Shown here: piece by piece, positions 37,921 through 46,743 of the stretch
Layout: every line of letters starts with the position of its first letter
Position numbering within the stretch: the first letter of the stretch is position 1
Source of the DNA: Syntrophales bacterium
GTDB taxonomy: Bacteria; Desulfobacterota; Syntrophia; Syntrophales; UBA2251
DNA: 64,000 bases
Assembly (NCBI GenBank): GCA_035358035.1
Contig: DAOPOS010000001.1
Span: forward strand, 101,909-165,908
Direction of reading: 5' to 3'
Made by a program: the position numbers and the translations under genes
Notes under the pieces: generated by a model
What the model was told of the DNA's origin: nothing
The model's input: the letters and a program-made list of their open reading frames with translations, nothing else
Database searches by the model: none

Positions 37921-38283
37921 ATGTTTGGTGAATTTGTCAAGGAAAGGAGAATCGCCAGAGACATCACTTTAAGAAAATTCTGCCAGGCCATCGAATGGGA
38001 TGCCAGCAACTGGAGCAAAATTGAGAGAGGACTTCTCGCACCACCCCAGGACGAAGAGAAGCTGGGACGCATCGCGGAAGTGCTCGGCATCGAAAAGGGA
38101 TCGGAGGAATGGCAGGCAATGAAGGATCTGTCCCGTATCGGACCGCAAATGCTCCCCGATGATATCGCGGCGGACAGCAGAATCGTAAAAGCGTTACCGT
38201 TGTTCTTCAGGACAGTAAGAAGTGACAAACCCACAGCGGAGGAATTAGACCGGCTTATCGAGTTGCTCAAAAAGGGGGATTAG
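37921..38283 (+). CDS. XRE-family helix-turn-helix regulator
   Basis: FGEFVKERRIARDITLRKFCQAIEWDASNWSKIERG is a typical HTH_3/XRE sequence. ATG at 37921 follows AAGGGGGAGGGG; the track starts at 37813. Confidence 0.8.
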   Translation: MFGEFVKERRIARDITLRKFCQAIEWDASNWSKIERGLLAPPQDEEKLGRIAEVLGIEKGSEEWQAMKDLSRIGPQMLPDDIAADSRIVKALPLFFRTVRSDKPTAEELDRLIELLKKGD

Positions 38284-38286
38284 GCG

Positions 38287-38922
38287 TTGAAGCAGGCCGA
38301 GTTCAGGTGCAATAGACTTCCATTTGCGGATATTTGGCAATGTGCAAAGGATATTCGCAATCAATATTGGCCGGAGGGGAGATTGCCCGTCAATGTTGAA
38401 GCTATCGTCGAATTCAGTTTGAGGCTTGACATCGAACCGATGAAATGTCTCGTACAAATGACGGATATGGAAGCCTATCTCAAATCTGACTTGATGGGGA
38501 TCGTCGTCGATTACGATCGGTATATGGATGAAAAGTTCGCTCACCGGATGAGATTTTCATTTGCCCATGAACTCGGCCATTTCTTTCTTCACAAGGACAT
38601 GTATGCATCATTCAAATTCGAATCAGCCGAAGAATGGAAAGAAATTCTCCAAGGAATGCCCGACGTGGAGTACAGAAGTTTTGAATACCAGGCAAACGAG
38701 TTTGCCGGCCGTCTTCTCGTACCTCGAGAAGACCTAATTCACGAAATTGAGAAATCCGTTGAAACGCTGAAGCGCAATAATATGCTGGAATATCTGAAAG
38801 GGGATCCCTATGCAGTGTTATCGCGAATAAGCCCGCAATTAGCAAAACCATTTGGCGTCTCTACTGATGTCATTGAAACACGAGTGAAGCGGGAGGATTT
38901 ATGGCCACCGGATGTTAGGTGA
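38287..38922 (+). CDS. ImmA/IrrE-family zinc metallopeptidase
   Basis: HEXXH motif within FSFAHELGHFFLH, followed by EYQANEFAGRLLVP, typical of DUF955/ImmA. TTG start 3 nt after the XRE stop. Confidence 0.85.
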   Translation: MKQAEFRCNRLPFADIWQCAKDIRNQYWPEGRLPVNVEAIVEFSLRLDIEPMKCLVQMTDMEAYLKSDLMGIVVDYDRYMDEKFAHRMRFSFAHELGHFFLHKDMYASFKFESAEEWKEILQGMPDVEYRSFEYQANEFAGRLLVPREDLIHEIEKSVETLKRNNMLEYLKGDPYAVLSRISPQLAKPFGVSTDVIETRVKREDLWPPDVR

Positions 38923-39011
38923 ATTTGACAGTTAAGGGGAATGGCTCGAAAAATTATAATTAAGGTTTTGTGAGTATAATGAAAATGGAGATTCAACCGC
39001 AGGTCTGACCT

Positions 39012-39044
39012 AAAAAAAGAAGAGGTAGTGGCGCTACCCCTTCT
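39012..39044 (-). terminator. Rho-independent terminator oriented for the minus strand
   Basis: 11-bp stem (39018-39028 / 39034-39044, loop of 5). The single non-Watson-Crick position is G.U on the minus-strand RNA but A.C on the plus-strand RNA. It is followed on the minus strand by U7 (A-run 39012-39018). Confidence 0.6.
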
Positions 39045-39465
39045 TTGGGTTGGTAACAGCGGACCACAAGTGCAAAGGTTCTTAGGATGGCCTTGAGCCT
39101 GTGGTACATTCTCGGATGGTGTCCGAGAACGGGTCGCTGCCCCATGGTGCTTAACGTGAGCAATATCTAAACCACCAAGGGCCCGCCTTGTCAAGAAAAA
39201 AAGCATCCTAAGAAAGGATGGGAGCCTGATGGACAATTTAGGCCATCGCTCCCGCAGAGTCCTTTACTACATCTTCCGGACGTTCATCACCCGGAAAGAC
39301 GGTAGGCGGGACTATGCGAGAGATCACGGCTTCAAGGCCTGGCGCATTCCTGTATACGCCACATAGGAAGCATCGATCTTGACAGCTGTTGAGCGGCCGC
39401 TCAGCCGGGTCTATCCCCGCCTGGGAACAGAATGGGGACACAAAAAACTCTTGGAGGTTTATACC

Positions 39466-39696
39466 ATGGGAAAAGGTTCACATCACGTTGTACATAACTC
39501 GGAACGCGGCGGTTGGGATGTTCGGAAAGGTGGATCGGAACGGTCTTCAGGACATTGCGACCACAAACAGGATGCAATCGACCGCGGTAGGGAAATCAGC
39601 CGGAATCAAGGGACCGAGTTGATCGTACATAATCAAGACGGCAAGTTCGCGTGGCGTGACAGCCACGGGAATGATCCCTGTCCGCCGAAAGGTTAG
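39466..39696 (+). CDS. DUF2188 domain protein
   Basis: HVVHNSERGGWDVRKGGSERSSGHCDHKQDAIDRGREISRNQGTELIVHNQDGKF..DSHGNDPCP matches the DUF2188 pattern. A GGAGG RBS precedes it. Confidence 0.8.
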   Translation: MGKGSHHVVHNSERGGWDVRKGGSERSSGHCDHKQDAIDRGREISRNQGTELIVHNQDGKFAWRDSHGNDPCPPKG

Positions 39697-39711
39697 GCAA
39701 ACTCACAAGGG

Positions 39712-39737
39712 GGCCCCGGAAACGGGGCCTTCTTTTT
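39712..39737 (+). terminator. Rho-independent terminator
   Basis: GGCCCCG-GAAA-CGGGGCC stem-loop followed by TTCTTTTT. Confidence 0.65.
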
Positions 39738-39838
39738 CAGCATCACTGAAATGCCACTACCAAGCCTCTTCTTTAACTATTCTGTCCTCAAACATCCAAC
39801 TCTCATCCACCGACACCCGGACGCGAACCAAAACCCCC

Positions 39839-39867
39839 TTGACTTGCCGGAACGCTTTTCCTATCCT
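39839..39867 (+). promoter_or_regulatory. Candidate sigma-70 promoter for the MBL-fold gene
   Basis: TTGACT at 39839-39844, 17-nt spacer, TATCCT at 39862-39867. Confidence 0.35.
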
Positions 39868-39935
39868 TGAGCGCAGTGCCCGAACGCCGCACCGTTTTCC
39901 CCCGGCGGGAGGACCCGGGGAAAGGAAGGGGGCCG

Positions 39936-40931
39936 ATGTACAGCGCCGCACTCATCAACGATCCTTTCGGAGACCCCGGGGTTTACGTGGAGTGCAAGTA
40001 CCGCCGCGCGTCCCTCCTGTTCGATCTCGGGGACCTGCACCGCCTGCCGCCGCGCAAGCTCCTGAAGATCGACTACATCTTCGTGTCGCACACCCACATG
40101 GACCACTTCATCGGGTTCGACCAGCTGCTCCGGCTGTGTCTGGGCCGCGACAAGCACCTGCACCTCTTCGGGCCGTCGGGGTTTCTCGAACGTCTCGAAC
40201 ACAAGCTGGCGGCCTACACCTGGAACCTCGTCGAGAATTACGAGAACGATTTCGCCATCATCGCGACGGAGATCCACCCGCGGGGCCGGACCGTCCGACG
40301 CTACGACTGCCGAACGGCCTTCCGCCCCGAGCCCCTGGAGGCGGGCCCTGCCGCTGACGGCGTGCTGGTCGAGACGCGCTTCTTCACCGTGAGCGGCGTC
40401 TTCCTCGACCATCGCATCCCCTGCCTGGCCTTCCGCTTCGAGGAGCGGCGGCGCTTCAACATCCTGAAGACGGTCCTGGTGGAGATGGGCCTGCCCACGG
40501 GCGCCTGGCTGATGACCCTGAAGGAGCACCTCGTCAGCGGCGACCCGGACGAGACGCCCGTCCGGATCCGCTCCCGGGATCCCCAGGGGCGGATCGAGGA
40601 GACGTGGCGGCCCCTGGGCGAGCTCAAGGCGGCCGTCAAGGTGAGCCCGGGCTTCAAGATCGGCTACGTCACCGATGCGGCCTACAGCACGGAAAACCGG
40701 GCCGCCATCCTGGGGGTGGCCGACCAGGCGGACCTGCTCTTCATCGAGACGACGTTTCTCGACGAGGATGCGGAAACGGCGGCCCGCAAGTATCACCTGA
40801 CCGCTCGGCAGGCGGGGACGCTGGCCAGGGAGGCGCGGGCGAAGCGGCTACTCCCCTTCCACTTTTCCCCGAAGTACAAGCGCACGCCGGACGCCCTCGC
40901 CGCGGAGGCCCGGGCGGCCTTCCGGGGGTGA
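39936..40931 (+). CDS. MBL-fold metallo-hydrolase (RNase Z-like)
   Basis: IFVSHTHMDHFIGF (HxHxDH motif). AAAGGAAGGGGG RBS before ATG 39936. Confidence 0.8.
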   Translation: MYSAALINDPFGDPGVYVECKYRRASLLFDLGDLHRLPPRKLLKIDYIFVSHTHMDHFIGFDQLLRLCLGRDKHLHLFGPSGFLERLEHKLAAYTWNLVENYENDFAIIATEIHPRGRTVRRYDCRTAFRPEPLEAGPAADGVLVETRFFTVSGVFLDHRIPCLAFRFEERRRFNILKTVLVEMGLPTGAWLMTLKEHLVSGDPDETPVRIRSRDPQGRIEETWRPLGELKAAVKVSPGFKIGYVTDAAYSTENRAAILGVADQADLLFIETTFLDEDAETAARKYHLTARQAGTLAREARAKRLLPFHFSPKYKRTPDALAAEARAAFRG

Positions 40932-41074
40932 CCCGCCCGGCGCACGCCGGCCGGACGCGTCGACCGTTCGCCCCGGTCTTATACGCAGGAGATCGCGGTT
41001 CGGGAGAAAACCGCAGGAACGGGCCATCTGTTTGCGGGGCGCTTTCAACCCGCGCGGCCGCGGCCGATCCGGAG

Positions 41075-41461
41075 ATGCTGCCGATGCTGTATGCCGCCTT
41101 GGCCAACATCGTGGTTCTCGTCCACGCCGCCTTTGTCCTGTTCGTGGTGTGCGGCGGCCTGCTCGTCCTCCGCTGGCGGCGGGCGGCCTGGCTCCACCTG
41201 CCGGCGGCGGCGTGGGGCGCGCTCGTGGAGGCCGCCGGCTGGATCTGCCCGCTCACGCCCCTGGAAAACCGGCTCCGCCTCCTCGCCGGGCAGGAAACGT
41301 ATGCGACGGACTTCATCGATCACTACCTGATGCCGGTCCTGTACCCGGCGGCGCTCACGCGGGAATGGCAGATGGTCCTGGGGCTGGCCGTGCTGGTCGT
41401 CAACGGCGCGGTCTACGCGTGGGTGTGGCGCCGGTCGAGGCGCGCCCCCGCCGGCCCCTGA
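41075..41461 (+). CDS. DUF2784-like small membrane protein
   Basis: 128 aa with 3-4 hydrophobic helices. The motif WICPLTPLENRLR is typical of DUF2784. Confidence 0.7.
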   Translation: MLPMLYAALANIVVLVHAAFVLFVVCGGLLVLRWRRAAWLHLPAAAWGALVEAAGWICPLTPLENRLRLLAGQETYATDFIDHYLMPVLYPAALTREWQMVLGLAVLVVNGAVYAWVWRRSRRAPAGP

Positions 41462-41665
41462 GGGCGGCAGCTTCTTGCGGATATGAATCCGGGGCGTTTT
41501 CCGGCGGGAATTTAAGGATCCTGCCGGCCCCTGGTGGGCGAAAATCTGTGTGCATGAATGGGCGCGGTTTCCGGCGAGGCTTAAGCAGCCCCGCCGGTCC
41601 CTGAGGCCGGGCGTCATTTTGCATGCGGAATCAGAACCGAACGACGCTTCCGCCGGGAGGGCGAG

Positions 41666-42370
41666 ATGAAACGAACGGGGGCGATTCTGGCGCTCCTGCT
41701 CCTGCTCCTGCTGACGGTCTCCTCGGCTCCGGCCGACGACGCCGGGCGGGCGGCGCGGGACGAGATGGTCCGGACGCAGATCGCGGATCGCGGCATCCGG
41801 GACCCGGCCACGCTCGCGGCGATGCGCGCCGTGCCACGGCACCGCTTCGTCCCGCCGGACCTGGCGGAGAGCGCATACGCGGATGAGCCCCTGCCCATCG
41901 GTTACGGCCAGACCATCTCCCAGCCCTACATCGTCGCCTTCATGACGGAGACGCTCCGTCTGAAACCCGGTCACAAGGTCCTCGAGGTCGGCGCCGGTTC
42001 GGGCTACCAGGCGGCCGTGCTGGCCCGCATCGTCCGGGAGGTCTTCACGATCGAGATCGTCCCGGAGCTGGGAAATGCCGCCCGCGAACGCCTGCGAATG
42101 CTGGGATACCGCAACGTCCGGGCGCACGTGGCCGACGGCTACGACGGCTGGCCGGAGGAGGCCCCCTTCGACGCGATCGTCGTGACGGCCGCCGCGGACC
42201 ACATCCCGCCGCCGCTCATCCGGCAGCTCAGGGACGGCGGCCGGATGGTGATCCCCGTCGGCTCCCCGTTCTTCGTCCAGACGCTCATGCTCGTGGAGAA
42301 GGACCGGGGAAAGATCCGGACGACGAGCCTGATGCCCGTGCGCTTCGTCCCCTTCACTCGGCGCCGCTAA
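41666..42370 (+). CDS. pcm: Protein-L-isoaspartate O-methyltransferase with a signal peptide
   Basis: GYGQTISQPYIVAFMTE, VLEVGAGSGYQAAVLA, and GGRMVIPVG. Confidence 0.9.
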   Translation: MKRTGAILALLLLLLLTVSSAPADDAGRAARDEMVRTQIADRGIRDPATLAAMRAVPRHRFVPPDLAESAYADEPLPIGYGQTISQPYIVAFMTETLRLKPGHKVLEVGAGSGYQAAVLARIVREVFTIEIVPELGNAARERLRMLGYRNVRAHVADGYDGWPEEAPFDAIVVTAAADHIPPPLIRQLRDGGRMVIPVGSPFFVQTLMLVEKDRGKIRTTSLMPVRFVPFTRRR

Positions 42371-42489
42371 GCGCGGGGCGATCGCCTCAGGCGCCGCCAC
42401 CGCCCCGTCGGTTCGTGGCGCGTGAATCGTTCCCGCGGCGCCTGGGTTGCGGGGCGGCGCGTTCGGGCCTGCGTGCGGAGGTAAGCTGG

Positions 42490-44919
42490 ATGAACCCACG
42501 CGTGTATCCGGCCATCGGCCTGCTGTCGGCCGCGACGATCGCCTTTCAGCTCGCGCTGATGCAGATCCTGGCGATCACCCAGTGGCACCACTTCGCCTTT
42601 ATGGTGATTTCCGTTGCCCTGCTGGGGTTCGGCGCGGCGGGGACCGTGCTCGCGCTCTTCCGGACCGTCTTGGCGGCGCGGGAGGAGCGCGGCGTTCCCC
42701 TCCTGATGCTCCTCGCGGGGGCGGCGATGGCCGCCGCGGTCGGGCTCGCCCAGCATCCCGCCGTCCGCTTCGACGCCTACCTGCTGTTCACCGGCGTACG
42801 CCCCGCCCTCCGGCTGCTGCTGACCTACGCCGTCTTCTCCGTCCCGTTCCTCCTGGCGGGCCTGGCGATCGGCTGGACCTTCAGCCGGCACGGCCGCGAC
42901 ATCGGCGCACTCTATTGCTGGAACCTCGCGGGCTCCGGCGCGGGAGGGCTCGTGGCCCTCGGCCTGATGGGGGCGCTGCCGCCCGCCGAACTGCCGGCGG
43001 TGCTGGCGGGGATCTGTGTCCTGGCGGGCCTGCTCGCCCTGCCGCGGAAACCGGGGATCGCGCTGACCGTCACCGCCCTCTTTTCGCTGCTGTGCGTGGC
43101 GGCGGCGATCCGCTACCCGCCCGCGCTCGTTTCCTCCGAGTTCAAAAGCCTGAGCCGGGCCCTGCGGCTTCCCGGGGCGGCGATCACCCGGACCGCGGCC
43201 GGCCCCTGCGGCCTCGTGCAGATCGTCTCCTCCCCCGCCCTCCGCCACGCGCCGGGCCTCAGCCTGACCTACCCGGGCGCCGTCCCCGCGCTCCGGGGCG
43301 TTTTCAGCAACGGGGACTGGGTCGGCCCCCTGCCCGCCGCCTCCGGGAACGGCGCACCCCGGGTCGAGGATTACGCCACCTCGGCCCTGCCCTATGCGAC
43401 AGGGCCGCGACGCACGGCGCTCATCCTCGACATGGGCGCCGGCGCGCCCGTCCGGCAGGCGATCGACCGGGGGGTGGCGCGGGTCACGGCGGTCGCGCCG
43501 AACCCGCGCCTGCCCGCCCTGCTCGAGGAGGAACTCGCCGAAGCCGGGGCTCCCCTTCCGGGGCCTCCCGCGCTCACCCTCGTCCGGTCCGCCCCCCGGA
43601 CCTGGCTCCTGCGGGACCGGGCGACCTACGACCTGATCGTCCTGCCGACGATCGACACCTTCGGCGGCACGGCGGGCCTCGACGCGATCCGCGAGCAGTT
43701 TCTCTTCACGACGGAGGCCTTCGGCGACGCCTGGCGGCGGCTCTCCCCGCGGGGCGCGCTCGCCGTTACCTGCTGGATGGACTATCCGCCCCGCCACGCC
43801 CTGAGGATGGCGGCCACGCTGATCGAGATGCTCGCGCGGGAGGCCGGCGGCGATCCGCGCACCCGCGTCGCCGCCGTGCGGAGCTGGGGAACGATCACGT
43901 TTCTGGTCAAGAAGACGCCCTACACCCCCGCGGAACTCCGGGCGATGCGCGACTTCTGCCGGCGCATGAATTTCGACCCGGCCCTGCTGCCCGACCTTCG
44001 CCCCTCCGAACGCGCCGCATTCAACGCCCTCGGGGACGACCGCTTCTTTGCCGAGCTCGACGGGCTGTTTTCGCCCCGGCGCGCCGACCTCTACGCCGCC
44101 TACGCCTTCCGCATCGCCCCCGCCACGGACGACCGCCCCTACTTCGCCCAGTTCCTGCGGTGGCGGAGCCTCCCCAGCCTCGCCGCGGCGTTCGGGGGCC
44201 GGACCGTGCCCTTTTTCGAAATCGGCTACCTCGTCGTTTTTCTCACGCTCGTGCAGACGGCGGCCGCCGGGGTCGCGCTCATCCTCCTCCCGCTCGCCCG
44301 CCGGAGCCGTCCCCGCCACGGGAAGGTCCGGATCATTCTTTATTTCGGCGGTCTCGGTCTGGGCTACCTCTTCGTCGAGATGGCCCTGATCCCGCGCTTC
44401 GGCCTCTACTTCGGCCATCCGATTCCGGCGACGGCCGCCGTCGTCGGCGCCCTGCTCTTCGCCTCCGGGCTGGGGAGCTTCGCCTCGGAGCGGATCGCGG
44501 CCCTCCGGGGCGTGCGGGCCGCCGTCCCGGCGGGCATCGTGCTCTTCGCGGCGCTGGGCGGCGTCGGGCTGACGCCGCTCCTGATCAAGACCATCGCCTG
44601 GCCGACGGCGGCGAAGGTCCTGGTCGCCCTGGCGATCCTGACCCCGCCCGCCTTCCTGATGGGCGTCCCCTTTGCCGCGGGCATCCGGTCTCTGGCGGAA
44701 CGGAACGAGGCCGCCATCGCCTGGGCCTGGGGAATCAACGGCTGTTTTTCCGTGATCGGCGCCTCCCTGGCGACGATCATCGCGGTCGAGGCGGGCTTCA
44801 CGGCCCTGATGGGGGCCGCGGCCCTCGCCTATCTGGTGCCCCTGGCGGCGGGGCTTGAGCCACGCGGCGTTCCTGCCCGGGGTGTGCCCGAGCATGGCGC
44901 ACCTGAAAAAGACGCTTGA
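42490..44919 (+). CDS. Polytopic membrane protein with a central spermidine-synthase-like (methyltransferase-fold) domain
   Basis: N-terminal and C-terminal blocks of TM helices flank a soluble region (ALILDMGAGAP...YDLIVLPTIDTFGG). The 851-aa minus-strand ORF is shadow. Confidence 0.6.
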   Translation: MNPRVYPAIGLLSAATIAFQLALMQILAITQWHHFAFMVISVALLGFGAAGTVLALFRTVLAAREERGVPLLMLLAGAAMAAAVGLAQHPAVRFDAYLLFTGVRPALRLLLTYAVFSVPFLLAGLAIGWTFSRHGRDIGALYCWNLAGSGAGGLVALGLMGALPPAELPAVLAGICVLAGLLALPRKPGIALTVTALFSLLCVAAAIRYPPALVSSEFKSLSRALRLPGAAITRTAAGPCGLVQIVSSPALRHAPGLSLTYPGAVPALRGVFSNGDWVGPLPAASGNGAPRVEDYATSALPYATGPRRTALILDMGAGAPVRQAIDRGVARVTAVAPNPRLPALLEEELAEAGAPLPGPPALTLVRSAPRTWLLRDRATYDLIVLPTIDTFGGTAGLDAIREQFLFTTEAFGDAWRRLSPRGALAVTCWMDYPPRHALRMAATLIEMLAREAGGDPRTRVAAVRSWGTITFLVKKTPYTPAELRAMRDFCRRMNFDPALLPDLRPSERAAFNALGDDRFFAELDGLFSPRRADLYAAYAFRIAPATDDRPYFAQFLRWRSLPSLAAAFGGRTVPFFEIGYLVVFLTLVQTAAAGVALILLPLARRSRPRHGKVRIILYFGGLGLGYLFVEMALIPRFGLYFGHPIPATAAVVGALLFASGLGSFASERIAALRGVRAAVPAGIVLFAALGGVGLTPLLIKTIAWPTAAKVLVALAILTPPAFLMGVPFAAGIRSLAERNEAAIAWAWGINGCFSVIGASLATIIAVEAGFTALMGAAALAYLVPLAAGLEPRGVPARGVPEHGAPEKDA

Positions 44920-44944
44920 CACGGCCGGCCAATCCGGATAATCT
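44916..44944 (+). promoter_or_regulatory. Candidate sigma-70 promoter for the fur-family gene
   Basis: TTGACA at 44916-44921, 17-nt spacer, TAATCT at 44939-44944. An AT-rich stretch follows up to the start codon. Confidence 0.45.
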
Positions 44945-44979
44945 CTTAGTTAATAAAATTTCCTATTGAGAAGACCGTT

Positions 44980-45417
44980 ATGGCCCTCGCGCACCCCGCG
45001 GAACCGTTGAGCCGCTTCCAGGCCATCTGCCGCCAGGCGGGCCTCAAGCTGACGTATCAGCGCCTGGAGGTCTATCGCGAATTGAGCGCCTCCATGGATC
45101 ATCCCTCCGCGGAGGCGCTCTACCAGCGGCTGATCCGCAAAATCCCCACGCTCTCCCTGGACACCGTCTACCGGACGCTCGCGACCTTTGTCCAACTGGG
45201 ACTTGTCCACCGGGTCGAAACGGGGGAGAGCCAGGCCCGCTTCGAAGTGGTCTCGGCACGCCACCATCACCTGATCTGCCGGAACTGCTTCGAGATCATC
45301 GATTTCCAGTGGCCGTCGATGGATGCGGCGCCCCTTCCGGAGGCGCTCAGGCCCTGGGGCCAGATCGAGAACCGGCACGTCATCGCCTACGGCGTCTGCC
45401 GGAAATGTTCGAAATAG
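44980..45417 (+). CDS. Fur-family transcriptional regulator
   Basis: LKLTYQRLEVYREL...HPSAEALYQRL...SLDTVYRTL...GLV, then HHHLICRNCFEIIDF and a C-terminal CRKC. Confidence 0.85.
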   Translation: MALAHPAEPLSRFQAICRQAGLKLTYQRLEVYRELSASMDHPSAEALYQRLIRKIPTLSLDTVYRTLATFVQLGLVHRVETGESQARFEVVSARHHHLICRNCFEIIDFQWPSMDAAPLPEALRPWGQIENRHVIAYGVCRKCSK

Positions 45418-45502
45418 ATCCCGCGCGCGGGTCGTCCGCGTCCCACGGGCCGGGCGGGGGAACGGCGTTTTAATTCATTTTCAGGAGGGCATCGGGAAAA
45501 CC

Positions 45503-46447
45503 ATGGCAGCGCCTGCTCGCAAGAAGGAAATCCAGCTTTCCATCCTCGTCGATCCCGGCAAGCCGTTTGCCATCCTCCGGGACGCGAAGCGACTCTACCG
45601 GACCTCCTACCCCGGCGCCGACTTCAGGCCCGTCGATCGGGCGTTCCGTCTCACGAAACGCCTCTATGAAGGCGGGTTTCCCGGCTACCTCGCCTGCGCC
45701 GTCGACTACCACGACTTCGCCCACAGCGCCTCCGTCTTTGCCGCGACCTCCCGCCTCCTCGACGGGTGCGAGCTGTCCGGATCCGCGCTGGGGCCCGTCC
45801 TGGCCGGAGAGGTCCTCATCGCCGCCATGCTTCACGACACGGGCTACATCCGGGCGGAGGGCGATACCCGCGGCACGGGCGCCCAGTACACGAAAATTCA
45901 CGTGGACCGCTCCTCGGCCTTCGTCCTGCGCGAGCGGGAGGCCTTCGGCCTCGGCCTTCAGAGCGCCGCGCGCATCTCCCGAATGATCCTCGGGACGGAC
46001 CTGGAGCGCCCCTGGGGGGGCCTCGTCTTCGAATCCGAACAAGAGCGGATGGCCGCCGAAATCCTCGCGACCGCGGACCTGTTCGGCCAGATGGCCGACC
46101 GGGCCTACCTCGAGAAGTTGCTCTTCCTGTATTACGAATTCCGGGAAGCGGGGATCGGGGGCTACGACAGCGCCTACGACATCCTCACGAAAACCGCCGG
46201 ATTCTACCAGACCATCCGGAACCGGCTTGACGGGACCCTGGGCCGCGTGTCGGACCGGATGAAGGCGCATTTTCAGGCCCGCCACGGCGTGTCCCGCGAC
46301 CTCTACCGCGAGACCATCGCCCGGCAAATGGCCTACCTGGACGCCATCATCGCCGACGACAGCACCAACTTCCGGGCGAAACTCCGGCGCCTGGACCTGC
46401 CCGCCATCGAGCGCCGCGGGGCCCCCGCGCCTTCCGACGGATCCTAG
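45503..46447 (+). CDS. HD-domain phosphohydrolase-like protein
   Basis: YHDFAHSASV and AAMLHDTGYI (H...HD signature). [10 protein letters not shown]. Confidence 0.7.
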   Translation: MAAPARKKEIQLSILVDPGKPFAILRDAKRLYRTSYPGADFRPVDRAFRLTKRLYEGGFPGYLACAVDYHDFAHSASVFAATSRLLDGCELSGSALGPVLAGEVLIAAMLHDTGYIRAEGDTRGTGAQYTKIHVDRSSAFVLREREAFGLGLQSAARISRMILGTDLERPWGGLVFESEQERMAAEILATADLFGQMADRAYLEKLLFLYYEFREAGIGGYDSAYDILTKTAGFYQTIRNRLDGTLGRVSDRMKAHFQARHGVSRDLYRETIARQMAYLDAIIADDSTNFRAKLRRLDLPAIERRGAPAPSDGS

Positions 46448-46743
46448 AAACACCCGGCGTCCCGGGACGGCACGGCGGCGGCGCGGGTGTCGTCCAGCCG
46501 CCCCCTTCAAGGCATCGACCCTCGCTCCCCCGGCAGGAATCCCGCACTCCGCGCCAGCAGGGCCGGTCCCTCGAGGCGGAACAAGGCGTGGACCGGACCT
46601 CGGGATCCCCTCCGCCGGATTCCCCGAAGCCCCCGAGTTCGGCCTTGCCAAAAACCGCGATTGGGCATATGCACACCGTCAGGAGGCCCGATCGGAAGCA
46701 CGGCTTAACCCCCTGAATTCCACCCCCAAGAAAGGAGTCGACC

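Noticed and set aside
39238-39441. 67-codon minus-strand ORF (MSPFCSQAGIDPAERPL...) in island 2.
   Set aside because: No RBS and no recognisable family. It overlaps the palindrome and the leader of the DUF2188 gene. It is kept only as part of the structured-region finding.
44945-44979. The AT-rich stretch GGATAATCTCTTAGTTAATAAAATTTCCTATTGAG before the fur-family gene as a possible Fur box.
   Set aside because: Only the first GATAAT hexamer matches the 19-bp Fur consensus, and no dyad symmetry is present.
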